From: Meyerozyma guilliermondii
Lineage: Eukaryota
Assembly (NCBI GenBank): GCA_051546255.1
Contig: CP128816.1
Coordinates: forward strand, 1,054,001-1,118,000
DNA: 64,000 nt
Direction: 5' to 3'
This document shows positions 10,127 to 21,392 of this stretch, piece after piece (positions within the stretch are counted from its first letter, which is position 1; every line of letters begins with the position of its first letter). A program made the position numbers and the translations under genes. The notes under the pieces are model-generated. The model did not search any database and was not told where the DNA came from. It was given only the letters and a program-made list of their open reading frames with translations.

Positions 10127-11599
10127 TGTACGACTATTACTGTATTACCTACGAGCATGATTCTTTTCGAGCAAGCATCTACATACAATATTGAAAGACC
10201 AGCCATACCCAATATGCATAAAACAAAAACGCTGCAAGACATCAGTTGATCTTTGAGTTGCCTTTTGGCATACTGCTTACACACCTTCGACGCTTATTCA
10301 AGCTTCATCTACACCATGCGTCCTACTTTCTACACACTCTTAAACCATCAAGAACAATTTTTCCTGCACTTGCATACGCATGAAACAACCGAGATGTCAA
10401 TTTATGACTGGGCTCACAACTTGACATCCATCCTCGAGAAAAGCTAATAGTTCGATGTTATGCACCTGATCGGGTGCTACTAATAAAATTTTTGTTGATT
10501 CATGATAAAGCTTTTTTTTATTCTAGCAGTAGCGATGGGAACCTACTATAATGTTTTCAAATAATTGACATTTATGCAAAAGTTCTAGTAGCGGAGTAGG
10601 CTGATATAACCACCAAAATGATTAGTCTCTCGAGGAAGAACTTAAGTACAGAAACATCCTTCGGGTATTTCAGTAGCTACGTACAAGAAAACACTGGAAA
10701 GATAAATTGAGTAGATTAAGTCAATTTTTCAGTTAATTCTTTAGTTGACAATCACTTGAAGATTTCTTGGTTTGAGCAAATAAGAAGCATTCTTCTGTTA
10801 CTCTGCCCCATTCTCATACTTTGATCTCCTTCGCGCCAAGCATCTAAAGCATAGAATTATGCGAATACAATCTAGTCGGCACTCCAGACACTACAAAGGG
10901 AAATCTACTTGAATTGGCTTGTCTGATCCATATTAACAAAACGCAATTATGCTACACTCAAATAGCTTCTTCCACGTGGGAACGGGCAGTATCTTTAGCT
11001 ACAGCTGTGTTTACAGGTAACTTTACGCACTCATTTTTGCAACTTACAGATATACTTTCTCAACAAAGCAATTCAATTTTGACTTTCCACCCTCGGTTTC
11101 AATTAACCGGCAATAGTTGGCTGTAAGGTCCTGCATTGTTTTCTCGCAGCTTCCTAATTCAGACGATCTGAGGCTCACAATACTGCTACAGAATCCACAC
11201 AATACTTGCCTGCTATCAAACAATTTCAAAGATGCGTGACGTTAGACTTAGCCTTCTGCACTACACTATGTAGACTAATGCGGAACGGCGTATCTTTAAC
11301 TCACGTCCTCCTACGTCATTGCAAGCCACCCCGCTCTCCCTTGCTACGAATTCCAGTTGCGCCTAGCTGATTGTTCTCCGCCGCACGCTCAGAACCGACC
11401 TGACCAATTCCGGCCTGGCTTGTGCATAAAGATCACGTGCGCCAATAGTTTTTCACCCCCGGTAATGCCCCCGGTTTCTTCGGATGAAATACCATGTGCC
11501 AGCCGCGCAGCCTTGCTCACTCGTGACGGCGAAGATCAAAACAGTGTATAAAATTATTCTGAGATCCAGCATTTTTGAGGTTTATTGACGTTTTCAAAG

Positions 11600-14347
11600 A
11601 TGGCGCTGAGTAGTAATAACAAAGCGGACACATCCGTGTCACAGCTTTTGGCTTCGTTCATCCCTACCTTTGTGCTCTTTGTGATTTTTGTTGCATTGTT
11701 TATAATTTTGAGGAAGAAGCAAAGAAGAGTTTATGAACCACGTTACATCGTTGAGACCCAGCCTAAGGATATTAGACCAGACGAAAGTCCCAGTGGTCCT
11801 TTTGGTTGGATCACTCACTTGCTCAAGAAACCAGAAGCTTTCATCGTCCAGTGCTGCGGTCCCGATGGCTACTTTTTCTTGCGGTATACTTTTAATTTCG
11901 CTGTCGTTTCGTTATTAGGTTGTATCATCACCTGGCCAATTCTTTTCCCCATCAACATTGCTAATGGTAAGTCTGACCCTGGAGTTCAAGGACTCAATAT
12001 GTTGTCATTTGCTCACGTCAAGGATAAATGGAGATATTTTGCTCATGTATTCCTTTCATGGGTCTTCTTTGGATTAGTTATCTTCTTGATTTACCGTGAA
12101 TTGGTTTATTACACTACATTCAGACATGTGGTGCAAACAACTCCATTGTACGACTCCTTACTTTCTTCGAGAACGTTGTTGTTGACTGAGGTACCAGAAG
12201 CTTTGTTAAAAGAAGGAGAGTTAAGGGATCACTTTCCAACTTCTACTAACATTTGGTACGCACGGGATTACACTGAGTTGGAAAAGAAGGTCATTGAAAG
12301 AAGGAAACTATCTGGAAAGTACGAAGGCGCTTTAAATAAAGTTTTGGCCAAAGCCACAAAGTTGAGAGCCAAGGCTGTGAAGAAAAACAAGCCAGTACCC
12401 GAGCCCGCTGATGATTTGAACAAGTACCTCAAGGATGGCAAGAAGAGACCAACTCACAAGTTGAAATTCTTGATTGGAAAGAAAGTTGACACTTTGGATT
12501 ATGGTGTTGAAAGATTGGGTGAATTGAACAAAGAAATCAAAAAGGATCAATTGCAACACACTACGAACGACCAGCTTCCTGCAGTTTTCATGGAGTTCCC
12601 TACTCAACTTGAATTGCAAAAGGCCTATCAAGCCATTCCTTACCACGCTGATTTTAAAAAATCGAGAAGATACACTGGACTTACCCCGGATGACATTATT
12701 TGGGAGAATTTGAGTTTGACAAAGACCAAAAGACGTACCAAAAAGCTTATTGCCACAACCGTTTTGACGTTGATGATCATTTTCTGGTGTATTCCAGTGG
12801 CTGTGGTTGGTGCTATCTCTAACATTAACAATCTTACAGAGAAGGTTCACTTTTTGAGATTCATTAACAACATGCCAGAGAAAATCATGGGTATTATTAC
12901 CGGACTTCTTCCAGTTGTTGCATTGGCGATTTTGATGTCATTAGTACCACCATTCATCAAGAAGATGGGTAAGGTGAGCGGCTGTATTACAATTCAAGAG
13001 GTTGAATCATACTGTCAAAGTTGGTTTTTTGCTTTCCAGGTTGTGAATGCGTTCTTGGTCGTTACGTTGACTTCGGCTGCCGCAAGCTCGGTCATCACTG
13101 TCATCAACAACCCATCATCAGCATTGACCCTTTTGGGCACTAAATTGCCTGCTGCTTCCAACTTCTACTTATCCTACTACTGTTTACAAGGTCTTACTGT
13201 CCCAGCTGGATTATTATTGCAGATTGTGGCTTTGATTCTTGCACAATTCTTAGGAAAACTTTTGGATGGTACTCCAAGAGCTAAATGGAACAGATGGAAT
13301 ACACTTGGACAGCCTTTCTGGTCGACCATGTATCCTGCTCAACAGTATATGGTTGTGATTTTGCTTGCTTATGCCATGATCGCCCCACTCATTCTTGGAT
13401 TTGCTGCTATCGCTCTTTTCCTCATTTACATTGCTTACAACTACATGTTGACTTATGTGATGCAACCAAACAAGACTGATGCTCGTGGTAGAAACTATCC
13501 AAGCGGATTGTTACAGACTTTTGTTGCCGTGTACTTGGCCGAAGTGGTATTGACCGCTATGTTCGTTTTCACCAAGAACTGGGCTTGTGTTGCATTGGAA
13601 GGTGTCTTTATTTTATTCACTGCGCTTTGCCATATCTACTTCAAGAGAAAGTTCATCCCATTATGGTCAACTGTTCCAATTTCGGCCCTCAAGTATGCAA
13701 GCGGTGACCACACTTATCAATATCCTATGCACGATCAAGGTTTGAAGGAAATTAGGAGCGAAGGTGAAAACTACTGGCAAGGAGGAAATCAATTGGGTAT
13801 TTCTGGTTCCCACAAAGATCAAGTGAGACAAAATTTGAAACCTCCAGGAACTCTTGGCGAAGGTGCCGACTCGACTGTTTTGGGTTCAGGCGACTCTAAG
13901 TACACCTCTGACTCCAAGCAGCCAATCAATGACAAGAGCCAAAGTGACATCGATGAGAAGGTTCCAGCTGATGCTCACGACAGTGTGGCGGCTGAACACC
14001 CAGGTAACACTGGCGTGGCTACCAAGCCCACGTCGTGGTTGACCAGATTCTTCAAGCCAAAGACCCAGACATTTGACTCCATTAGAAAGAGCATGCCAGC
14101 GAGCTACTTCAACTACATTGAGTACAACCCAGATTTCATTAGAACAGCATACGAAGACCCTTGTGTCAAAGACGAAGAACCACATATCTGGATTGTTCGT
14201 GATGAGATGGGATTGTCTGAAATCGAAAAGAACAAAGCTTTAGAGAATGGTGTCGATGTTACTGATGAAGCTGCCAAGTTTGACGAGAAGAACAATATCG
14301 TTTACACTGGTCCACCTCCTTCATACGAAGAAGCGTTGAAGCTTTAA
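11600..14347 (+). CDS. CSC1/OSCA/TMEM63-family channel (PHM7/RSN1-like)
   Basis: RRVYEPR, DGYFFLR, PDDIIWENL, FWCIPVAVVG; multiple transmembrane segments; C-terminal PPPSYEEAL. First ATG at 11600. Confidence 0.9.
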   Translation: MALSSNNKADTSVSQLLASFIPTFVLFVIFVALFIILRKKQRRVYEPRYIVETQPKDIRPDESPSGPFGWITHLLKKPEAFIVQCCGPDGYFFLRYTFNFAVVSLLGCIITWPILFPINIANGKSDPGVQGLNMLSFAHVKDKWRYFAHVFLSWVFFGLVIFLIYRELVYYTTFRHVVQTTPLYDSLLSSRTLLLTEVPEALLKEGELRDHFPTSTNIWYARDYTELEKKVIERRKLSGKYEGALNKVLAKATKLRAKAVKKNKPVPEPADDLNKYLKDGKKRPTHKLKFLIGKKVDTLDYGVERLGELNKEIKKDQLQHTTNDQLPAVFMEFPTQLELQKAYQAIPYHADFKKSRRYTGLTPDDIIWENLSLTKTKRRTKKLIATTVLTLMIIFWCIPVAVVGAISNINNLTEKVHFLRFINNMPEKIMGIITGLLPVVALAILMSLVPPFIKKMGKVSGCITIQEVESYCQSWFFAFQVVNAFLVVTLTSAAASSVITVINNPSSALTLLGTKLPAASNFYLSYYCLQGLTVPAGLLLQIVALILAQFLGKLLDGTPRAKWNRWNTLGQPFWSTMYPAQQYMVVILLAYAMIAPLILGFAAIALFLIYIAYNYMLTYVMQPNKTDARGRNYPSGLLQTFVAVYLAEVVLTAMFVFTKNWACVALEGVFILFTALCHIYFKRKFIPLWSTVPISALKYASGDHTYQYPMHDQGLKEIRSEGENYWQGGNQLGISGSHKDQVRQNLKPPGTLGEGADSTVLGSGDSKYTSDSKQPINDKSQSDIDEKVPADAHDSVAAEHPGNTGVATKPTSWLTRFFKPKTQTFDSIRKSMPASYFNYIEYNPDFIRTAYEDPCVKDEEPHIWIVRDEMGLSEIEKNKALENGVDVTDEAAKFDEKNNIVYTGPPPSYEEALKL

Positions 14348-14509
14348 GGCTTTGAACACTCTGTTTTATAATTTAATTGTATTTTAGTGTTTTGTAATCG
14401 CTTATCAAAATTGGTTGCGAAAAGTTGCTGTCAATCACTCATACAGGAGAGCAACTAATGTAACCTATACATATATAAGGATCACGCACTAAGTAGGCTC
14501 CAGCATAAA

Positions 14510-14941
14510 ATGTATAGAATCGCCAGAAACACAACAAAAATAACTTCAATTACTCGCCCATATGCTACCGGACGTCGTCAGTTGATGGATGAGACTGTTC
14601 GCAAGCCAGAAGTGAAACAAGTTGTTCACACTTCACATGACAGACCAGCTCCCGGAGCAGCGTCTAGTGTTAAAAATGGCACAATGGGTACGCATCCTCT
14701 CGAGCCAGCAGCAACAGCCCGCACGTTCAGAAAGCAGCTTCCAAAGGCACTTGGTGCTCTTGCCGCAGCTCTAGGATTATTCGTTGTTTTGCCATTTGGA
14801 ACAATTGAAGGTAGCGATCTAGTAGAATCTGTGCCTAGACAGGACACGGCCGCTGCAAAAATAACGAAGGACGGAAAAGTGGAGGTGGACATTCCACAGA
14901 CGTACGCTCATTTGGATAAACCAAGTGATGATGATGAATAA
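14510..14941 (+). CDS. Hypothetical small protein, probably mitochondrial single-pass membrane
   Basis: AAAATG context, upstream TATATAA, Arg/Thr-rich acid-free N-terminus (R-x-Y-A), one hydrophobic segment. Confidence 0.65.
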   Translation: MYRIARNTTKITSITRPYATGRRQLMDETVRKPEVKQVVHTSHDRPAPGAASSVKNGTMGTHPLEPAATARTFRKQLPKALGALAAALGLFVVLPFGTIEGSDLVESVPRQDTAAAKITKDGKVEVDIPQTYAHLDKPSDDDE

Positions 14942-15011
14942 CCACAATAGCATAGGAAATACATGTCTTTAACATAAATGTCTTTTACTGTCTTGTTTTA
15001 CTTACACGTAC

Positions 15012-16736
15012 TTAATTTGATTGAGATTTTCTCAAACCATTCAACATCGAAGAGAGAGATAAGAGTGAGGCTTGGGCAACATCCTGGTGAATACCAACTC
15101 CCCACCTTGTTGAGCCATCGGCAAGAGTGACTTCAATATAAGTAGCGGCTTGAGAATTGGATTTGTCACCAAGCGAATGCTCGTGATAATGCAAGACCTC
15201 GGCTTGAATACCTAAATCCTTACTGATAGCGTCCGTGAATGCGGAGATAGGACCATTGCCAGTGCCTTTAATTGTCTTCTTTTCGTTCCCGATTTCAAGG
15301 TCTGCAGTAATAGTTCTCTCTCCGCCTTTGTTTCCAGAGAGCGCGTAATCGATGATCTTGTAATAAGGATCGATCTTGATACCAGCTTCGTATTCGATAA
15401 AGTATTCTCTTTGGAACAATTCACACAATTCTTGGTTCGACAATTCACGTCCCTTGAGTTCGGCTTGCTCCTGGACAACCTTGGAGAAGGCAACTTGTAA
15501 ACCTCTAGGTAAATCAAGCTCCATGTTCCGCAAAATAACCCAAGCGGAACCACCCTTTCCGGATTGGGAATTGACCCGAATGATAGCTTCATACGTTCTT
15601 CCAATATCTGCTGGGTCCAAAGGCAAATAAGGCACTTGCCAATGAATATCTTTTCCACCCTCTTTTTGCCTTTTGTCGTTGTGAACTTTGAATCCCTTCT
15701 TAATAGCATCTTGATGCGAACCAGAGAATGCACAAACAACTAAAGAGCCACCATAAGGAGCTCTGGCATGCACAGGTATCTTATTGCTTCTTTCCACGAT
15801 GTCCACAACCGAATTTATGTCAGAAAAGTCTAACAATGGTGAAATACCCTGAGTATACAAGTTGAGAGCCAAAGTCACCAAGTCGACATTTCCGGTTCTT
15901 TCACCGTTTCCAAAAAGACAACCTTCAACCCTATCAGCACCAGCCATTTGTCCTAATTCAGCTGCTGCAACTGCGCAACCACGATCATTGTGAGGATGTA
16001 ATGAAATGCATACGGTCTCACGCTCGGAGATATGAGTTGAAAAGTATTCAATTTGATCAGCGTAGACGTTCGGGGTTGCCATTTCGACTGTTGCTGGAAG
16101 ATTGAAAATTATAGGTTTCTCTGAGGTGGGTCCCCATGCTTTCTTGACAGCTTCACATACTTCGATAACGTACTCTGGATCCGAGTCCGAGAATGTTTCT
16201 GGGGAAAATTCATAATCCCATATGGTCCCCTTTTGTTCAGGGTCATCTTTGGTTAAAGATCTTACCAATTTAGTACATTCAACAGCAAGATCCAACGATT
16301 GTTGCTTGGTCAAGCCAAAGACAACATTACGGAAACAATCTGAGGTAGCCAAATAAAGATGCACTGTGGCACGCTTGGCTCCATGAAGCGACTCTACCGT
16401 ACGCTTAATCAAATCAGGTCTGCAAGGTGACAAAACTTGAATTGAGACATCATCAGGAGCTGTTTCAATAGCAAAACGTGTGAAGTCAAAATCAATCTGA
16501 GAGGCAGAGGGAAAAGCAACCTCTATTTCTTTGAAACCAAGAGCCACTAGTTTATTGAAGTATGCCTTTTTCTCTGCAATCGACATGGGGTCAGGAAGCG
16601 ATTGATTTCCATCTCTTAAATCAGTCGATAACCATCTTGGTGGCTTCTCAATGACTTTAGACGGCCACTGACGGTTGTCCAATTTGATTGGTGGAAATGC
16701 TTTGTACTTGACCGACGGGTCTTTTAACATAGGCAT
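15012..16736 (-). CDS. LEU4: 2-isopropylmalate synthase
   Basis: WLSTDLRDGNQ, NLPATVEM, SLHPHNDRG, GNGERTGN, IRVNSQSGKGG, regulatory-domain GNGPISA. Confidence 0.96.
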   Translation of the reverse strand: MPMLKDPSVKYKAFPPIKLDNRQWPSKVIEKPPRWLSTDLRDGNQSLPDPMSIAEKKAYFNKLVALGFKEIEVAFPSASQIDFDFTRFAIETAPDDVSIQVLSPCRPDLIKRTVESLHGAKRATVHLYLATSDCFRNVVFGLTKQQSLDLAVECTKLVRSLTKDDPEQKGTIWDYEFSPETFSDSDPEYVIEVCEAVKKAWGPTSEKPIIFNLPATVEMATPNVYADQIEYFSTHISERETVCISLHPHNDRGCAVAAAELGQMAGADRVEGCLFGNGERTGNVDLVTLALNLYTQGISPLLDFSDINSVVDIVERSNKIPVHARAPYGGSLVVCAFSGSHQDAIKKGFKVHNDKRQKEGGKDIHWQVPYLPLDPADIGRTYEAIIRVNSQSGKGGSAWVILRNMELDLPRGLQVAFSKVVQEQAELKGRELSNQELCELFQREYFIEYEAGIKIDPYYKIIDYALSGNKGGERTITADLEIGNEKKTIKGTGNGPISAFTDAISKDLGIQAEVLHYHEHSLGDKSNSQAATYIEVTLADGSTRWGVGIHQDVAQASLLSLSSMLNGLRKSQSN

Positions 16737-18381
16737 GGTGAAAAGTTGCTATAAATTTTCGAGACGAGACTTTTCAAGTTAAATAGTGATTCGATTTCTA
16801 TGAGTAATACCTGCAATGCGATTTTCCAGAAGGATAAAATTATATAATCTCTTACAAAAGGTACATTTTGTGCCGAACTGCACTGTGGAGTACCCCAGAT
16901 TTCGAATCGTCGCAGCGGTGCTCGGCTACTGGCGGAGCGGTAACGGCCCGCTATTTCAACTTCGGGAATCGGACGAACGGCACGAAATCCATACACCAGT
17001 AAGTCACGCCAATGTCACGCGCCGACTTCATGCTGCTGTTGCAACCAATTCGTACTTGTTTGCCTTTTTTAAGTGCCTTTTTTTTCAAATGCTTTATACT
17101 TCCAATCTCAAAGAAGAATGATTGATTTTTTTGGTTAGCACCCCAAAGACAATCACCTCTGATGCCTTAATCCGTTTTGAATGTAAGTGAGAAACTAGGC
17201 AAGATTTTATTTCCAACAGAAATACTCAATTGAGACTTCTTCAATTCGTTCTGTGATTGTGGAAAGCTTGAAGCTACGGCTTGATGACATAGAACAGTCT
17301 AAGCTTTATGCATTTCAAGGTGTTCTTCATGTTCACTATTCCTAATCCATTGCGGCCAATTGCATATTGTGACACTAGCCACATCTGAATTTGCAGCCAC
17401 TATTACGAAGCCTCTGCTCGAAGTTTATGGCATTTGTACCTTGTTTTGTAACTCTTGAAGTCGGGTCTGTAGGTCTTTAGTGCTTTCGGACTCTGGAATT
17501 CACCTTTCAACTCAAAATGCCACCAGAGTGTGACTGAAGATGTGAAGCTTAAAATTTATATGTGGGTTACAGTAAGTCACACACTAAAATTACAACAGAG
17601 TTAAGAAAATTCTAAGCTCAACGATTTGGTCTTGTGATAATACGTCCAATGATTTGAAAGCAGTATCCCAGTTTTATGACTGAGAAGAGTCAGTCCGAAA
17701 CTGAAAATATTATACTCAACTTGTCAATATAGTGAGGAGCACTTTAACCACAACCGCCACAGTTACTGCAAAACTAAGAACCTGAACAGCCAGATTACCT
17801 GTGGTGAGATGGTAACATCCTAAAGTACTAACATCTTGGCACATGATGGGAAACAATATGTTAGTAATTGACTGAGACGCAGCCATTGTGGTGCTAGCAA
17901 ACATTCCCACAATGGCGTACCTCGGGTATACCTCCAGAAAGACAAGATAAAGGAAAAGAACTATTCCCAAAGTTCCAACAGCCACTGGCACTGTAGATGC
18001 CATTTACTTTTCGGATATAAAGGTCATCGAAGTTTTATATTGCGGTCTGAAATTTCAACCCGACCTCTCAAAAAATAATGATTGGACTCCAAGCCTTATC
18101 ACCCAGACTCCGAAGATTCTACTGCTACAAGGTTTGGTAACGGTGCCTTTTTGAAGTGTTATAGAGGTGGTTCAAAGTGGTGAAGATCACATCACCTTGT
18201 TATCCTTTTGGTGACTTCTTTTAAAGGAAGAATCACGAATTCTTACACGAACTGACGAAATTGCTAATTTGATATAAAGAAATCATAGACTGGGCTACTT
18301 CACTCAACCCTATACGAGAATTGAGTGTCGCAGCATAATCTTATTAATGGAGGTGCAAATTCTTTTTGGTTTTAACTGTAC

Positions 18382-19216
18382 CACGTTTGCTGTAAGAAAA
18401 AGCCATCATATAATTAACGATCATGCAGAGCGTTTCCACCTTCCTCGAGGAAACTTTGAATGAGGTAGCCGAAAAGTAGCCGATTCGAGGTTGCAAATCT
18501 ATGCCTTAGCTCTCGAGTCACTACAGCCAGGCAAGTAGAACATTAGAATTGTTAATCTTAGCTTGACGGAATCAAAGTCATACGATCCACGTTTATTGTC
18601 TTATCAAATACCTATCAGACGTAAGCCCTCGTGCGCATAAGGCTTTATGCATGTATATCTGGTTCGTAAATTATAGTGGCTACATTAGCGGACATTAGTT
18701 CCCGTTGACCGTTGGCTAAAATTGTAATTTTCCATTGTTTTAGCGCGGATCAACCTAGGTAGTCCGTGTAGGTATATTGGTATGCATGTACCGACTCCGA
18801 ATTAAATTTCATGCGCCGATATTATTCGCTTCCCTTTCTGGTAATCGCGGGGCTGAGAACTAAGCAGGAAATGCTAAATGCAGTGATGGGGTCCAATGTC
18901 AATGTGCGGGGTTGCGGGATCCCGGGAAATTGTTCGCATCTCGAGACATCGATTCGCAGTGTGAGCATAGAAACACCTCTATCTTCTTGAATCAATGTAG
19001 ACCACCTGTAGCAAAAAAAAATAAAGGCATGCACAAAATATGTCACTATGCAAGGTTCCACGTGGTGCTGCAGCCGACACCCAGATCGCCGCTTCTAGAG
19101 AAATTCCAGCCGGTTGATAAAGATAATTAAGCGGCGCTAGTAGAGAATTATAGTAGCCCCGAGAGGCTTATCACCCCATTGGGCCAATTATAAGGATATA
19201 GCCCTTAGACCACGTT
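18382..19216. promoter_or_regulatory. Cluster of Pho4-type E-boxes upstream of the GIT transporter
   Basis: CACGTT at 18382, 18588 and 19211; CACGTG at 19059; all preceded by C. Confidence 0.6.
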
Positions 19217-19512
19217 TTTCAACTAGCATACACCCGCCAAGAAGCTAATTAGATTCATGCACGGCGTGCTGCGCGGCCTGTCAAGGTAAGGCAGTTGCAG
19301 GTTTGCAGGGCGTGGGTAATTTTGAAATAGAGCGGGGTGCCTTCGCATATATAAGAAGGGTATCTCAGCTTCAAATATCTGCACTCACGGGCTACAAGTT
19401 CAATAATACATTGTCTTCTCTAAAAGACATACTTAACAAGACCTCGTATATACGCCAAGAATTCCAAAAAGGGGTGACGTGAACCTTGACAGCCTAGTGC
19501 ATAACTTTGATA

Positions 19513-21054
19513 ATGTCACACGAACTCGAAGACAAAAACAATAATATCACCCAGGAAGTGTCCCTCCGCTCTTCTGACGATGAAGTGAACAACGGACCCT
19601 TCAAATATGATGAAACAGAAAGAAAGAACAGACTTGCTGGAGGTGCCAGAACCAAGGACATCTTGATGGTTCTTTGTGCTGGTTTCGCTTTGATTTCTGA
19701 TGGTTACCAAAATAATGTTATGAGTATGTTGAATGCCGTGTTCCCTTTGGCATTGAATACTCCTAATAAGGTTTACTATACTGCTGACATGAAGACTGCT
19801 GTTTCAAATGCCTCTTTAGTTGGAACTATTTTTGGTCAGGTTGCTATCGGTATGACTTGTGACTACTTGGGAAGAAAATGGTCTATCGTCACTGCAACTG
19901 TATTTTTGATCGTGGGATCAATTATGTGTGCAGCTTCTCATGGAGTGACTCCCGAAGGTTTACTTTGGATGTTGATTATTTCGAGAGGTGTTACCGGTTT
20001 CGGTATCGGAGCAGAATATCCTTCTTCTTCCATTTCTGCCTCCGAAGCAGCAAATGAATCCATCAAGAGACGTGGACGTGCCTTCGTTTTGTGTACCAAC
20101 TTGCCCTTGTCATTTGGTGGACCATTCGCTCTTATCGTCTTCCTCATTGTTCACCAGATCACAAAAAAGCATTACGAAGCATTATGGAGAACCATGTTCG
20201 CCATTGGTTGTTTCTGGCCATTATCTGTGTTCTACTTCCGTCTTAAGATTGCCACTTCTACCTTGTACAAGAAAAATGCCATCAAGAGACAAGTTCCATA
20301 CTGGTTGGCTCTCAAATACCACTGGAGAAGATTGTTCGGTACTTGCGTCTGTTGGTTCTTGTACGATTTCGTTACCTTCCCCAACGGTATTTTCGCAGCC
20401 ACCGTCATCTCTGGTGTAATGTCTCCATCTGAAGCTAAGGACTTGGACAGAGTTGCGGAATGGAACCTTCTTCTTGGTGTAATTGCTATCCCTGGTGTGA
20501 TCGTTGGTGCATTCCTCTGCGACAGACTCGGACGTAAGTACACTTTGATCCTTGGATTTATGGGATACATCATCTTTGGTTTGATTGTTGGTTGCGCTTA
20601 CGATAAGATCAAAAACATTACTGCCTTATTTATTGTCTTTTACGGATTGATGATGAGTTCCGGAAACTTGGGACCTGGTGATATGATGGGATTGACTTCG
20701 TCTGAGTCTTTCGCTACTCCAATTCGTGGTACCGCTTACGGTCTTTCTGCTGCCATTGGTAAGGTGGGCGCAGTTGTTGGTACCAAGACTTTCACTCCTC
20801 TCAGAGCTAGAGGTGACAAGTGGACTTTTATTGTTGCTGCTATCTGTGGACTTGCTGGTGTGCTTGTAGCATACTTCTTCATTCCTCATTTGAAGGATGA
20901 CGACTTGTTGAAGGAGGACATCAAATTCAAGAACTACTTGAGAGCCAATGGCTGGACTGGTCAATTCGGTGAAGAGAAGGAGGAAGAGGAGGACTTGGAG
21001 TACCTGAAATCCCTGATTTCCACCACCGAAGAACTGACCAAGCGTCCCCTTTAG
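19513..21054 (+). CDS. MFS glycerophosphodiester transporter (GIT family)
   Basis: GFALISDGYQNN, DYLGRK, GFGIGAEYP, WFLYDFVTFPNGIF, NLGPGD, ESFATPIRG; about 12 transmembrane segments. ATG at 19513. Confidence 0.88.
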   Translation: MSHELEDKNNNITQEVSLRSSDDEVNNGPFKYDETERKNRLAGGARTKDILMVLCAGFALISDGYQNNVMSMLNAVFPLALNTPNKVYYTADMKTAVSNASLVGTIFGQVAIGMTCDYLGRKWSIVTATVFLIVGSIMCAASHGVTPEGLLWMLIISRGVTGFGIGAEYPSSSISASEAANESIKRRGRAFVLCTNLPLSFGGPFALIVFLIVHQITKKHYEALWRTMFAIGCFWPLSVFYFRLKIATSTLYKKNAIKRQVPYWLALKYHWRRLFGTCVCWFLYDFVTFPNGIFAATVISGVMSPSEAKDLDRVAEWNLLLGVIAIPGVIVGAFLCDRLGRKYTLILGFMGYIIFGLIVGCAYDKIKNITALFIVFYGLMMSSGNLGPGDMMGLTSSESFATPIRGTAYGLSAAIGKVGAVVGTKTFTPLRARGDKWTFIVAAICGLAGVLVAYFFIPHLKDDDLLKEDIKFKNYLRANGWTGQFGEEKEEEEDLEYLKSLISTTEELTKRPL

Positions 21055-21171
21055 TTCTAAGACTTAATTTTGTCTCTAATTAATGTATAGGTATCTGCGT
21101 GTGTATGCAGTATATACCGTGAATTCTTAACAAATTGTTTTACAGTAGCGATTCGCATCCTCCAACGACAA

Positions 21172-21363
21172 ATGACACAGGACGAGCTGGGCTCTGTTGC
21201 TGAAGCATACAAGCAAATTCAGGAAGCAGAGAAACAGGCGGATCAGCTCGAAAAGATGCTCGATAACCTCGATGCTAAAATGGATTCCATTTTGAACGAT
21301 GCTGAACGCCTACAAAAGGATGCCAGTTTGGACACGGAGAAGATTCCAGAGAACGAAGAATAA
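21172..21363 (+). CDS. Small acidic coiled-coil protein (63 aa), function unknown
   Basis: CAAATG context; heptad pattern AEKQADQLEKMLDNLDAKMDSIL; occupies its own intergenic slot. Confidence 0.7.
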   Translation: MTQDELGSVAEAYKQIQEAEKQADQLEKMLDNLDAKMDSILNDAERLQKDASLDTEKIPENEE

Positions 21364-21392
21364 CTCTGAGTAAATGTGCTCTATTCATAATT

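Noticed and set aside
10127..11599. 1.5-kb intergenic gap with short ORFs; checked for LTR, tRNA or snoRNA
   Set aside because: No LTR ends with target duplication, no tRNA A/B boxes and no credible ORF visible by eye
16816..17121. 101-aa and 90-aa ORFs in the LEU4 promoter
   Set aside because: Low coding likeness, overlapping regulatory sequence; the minus-strand one is out of frame with LEU4
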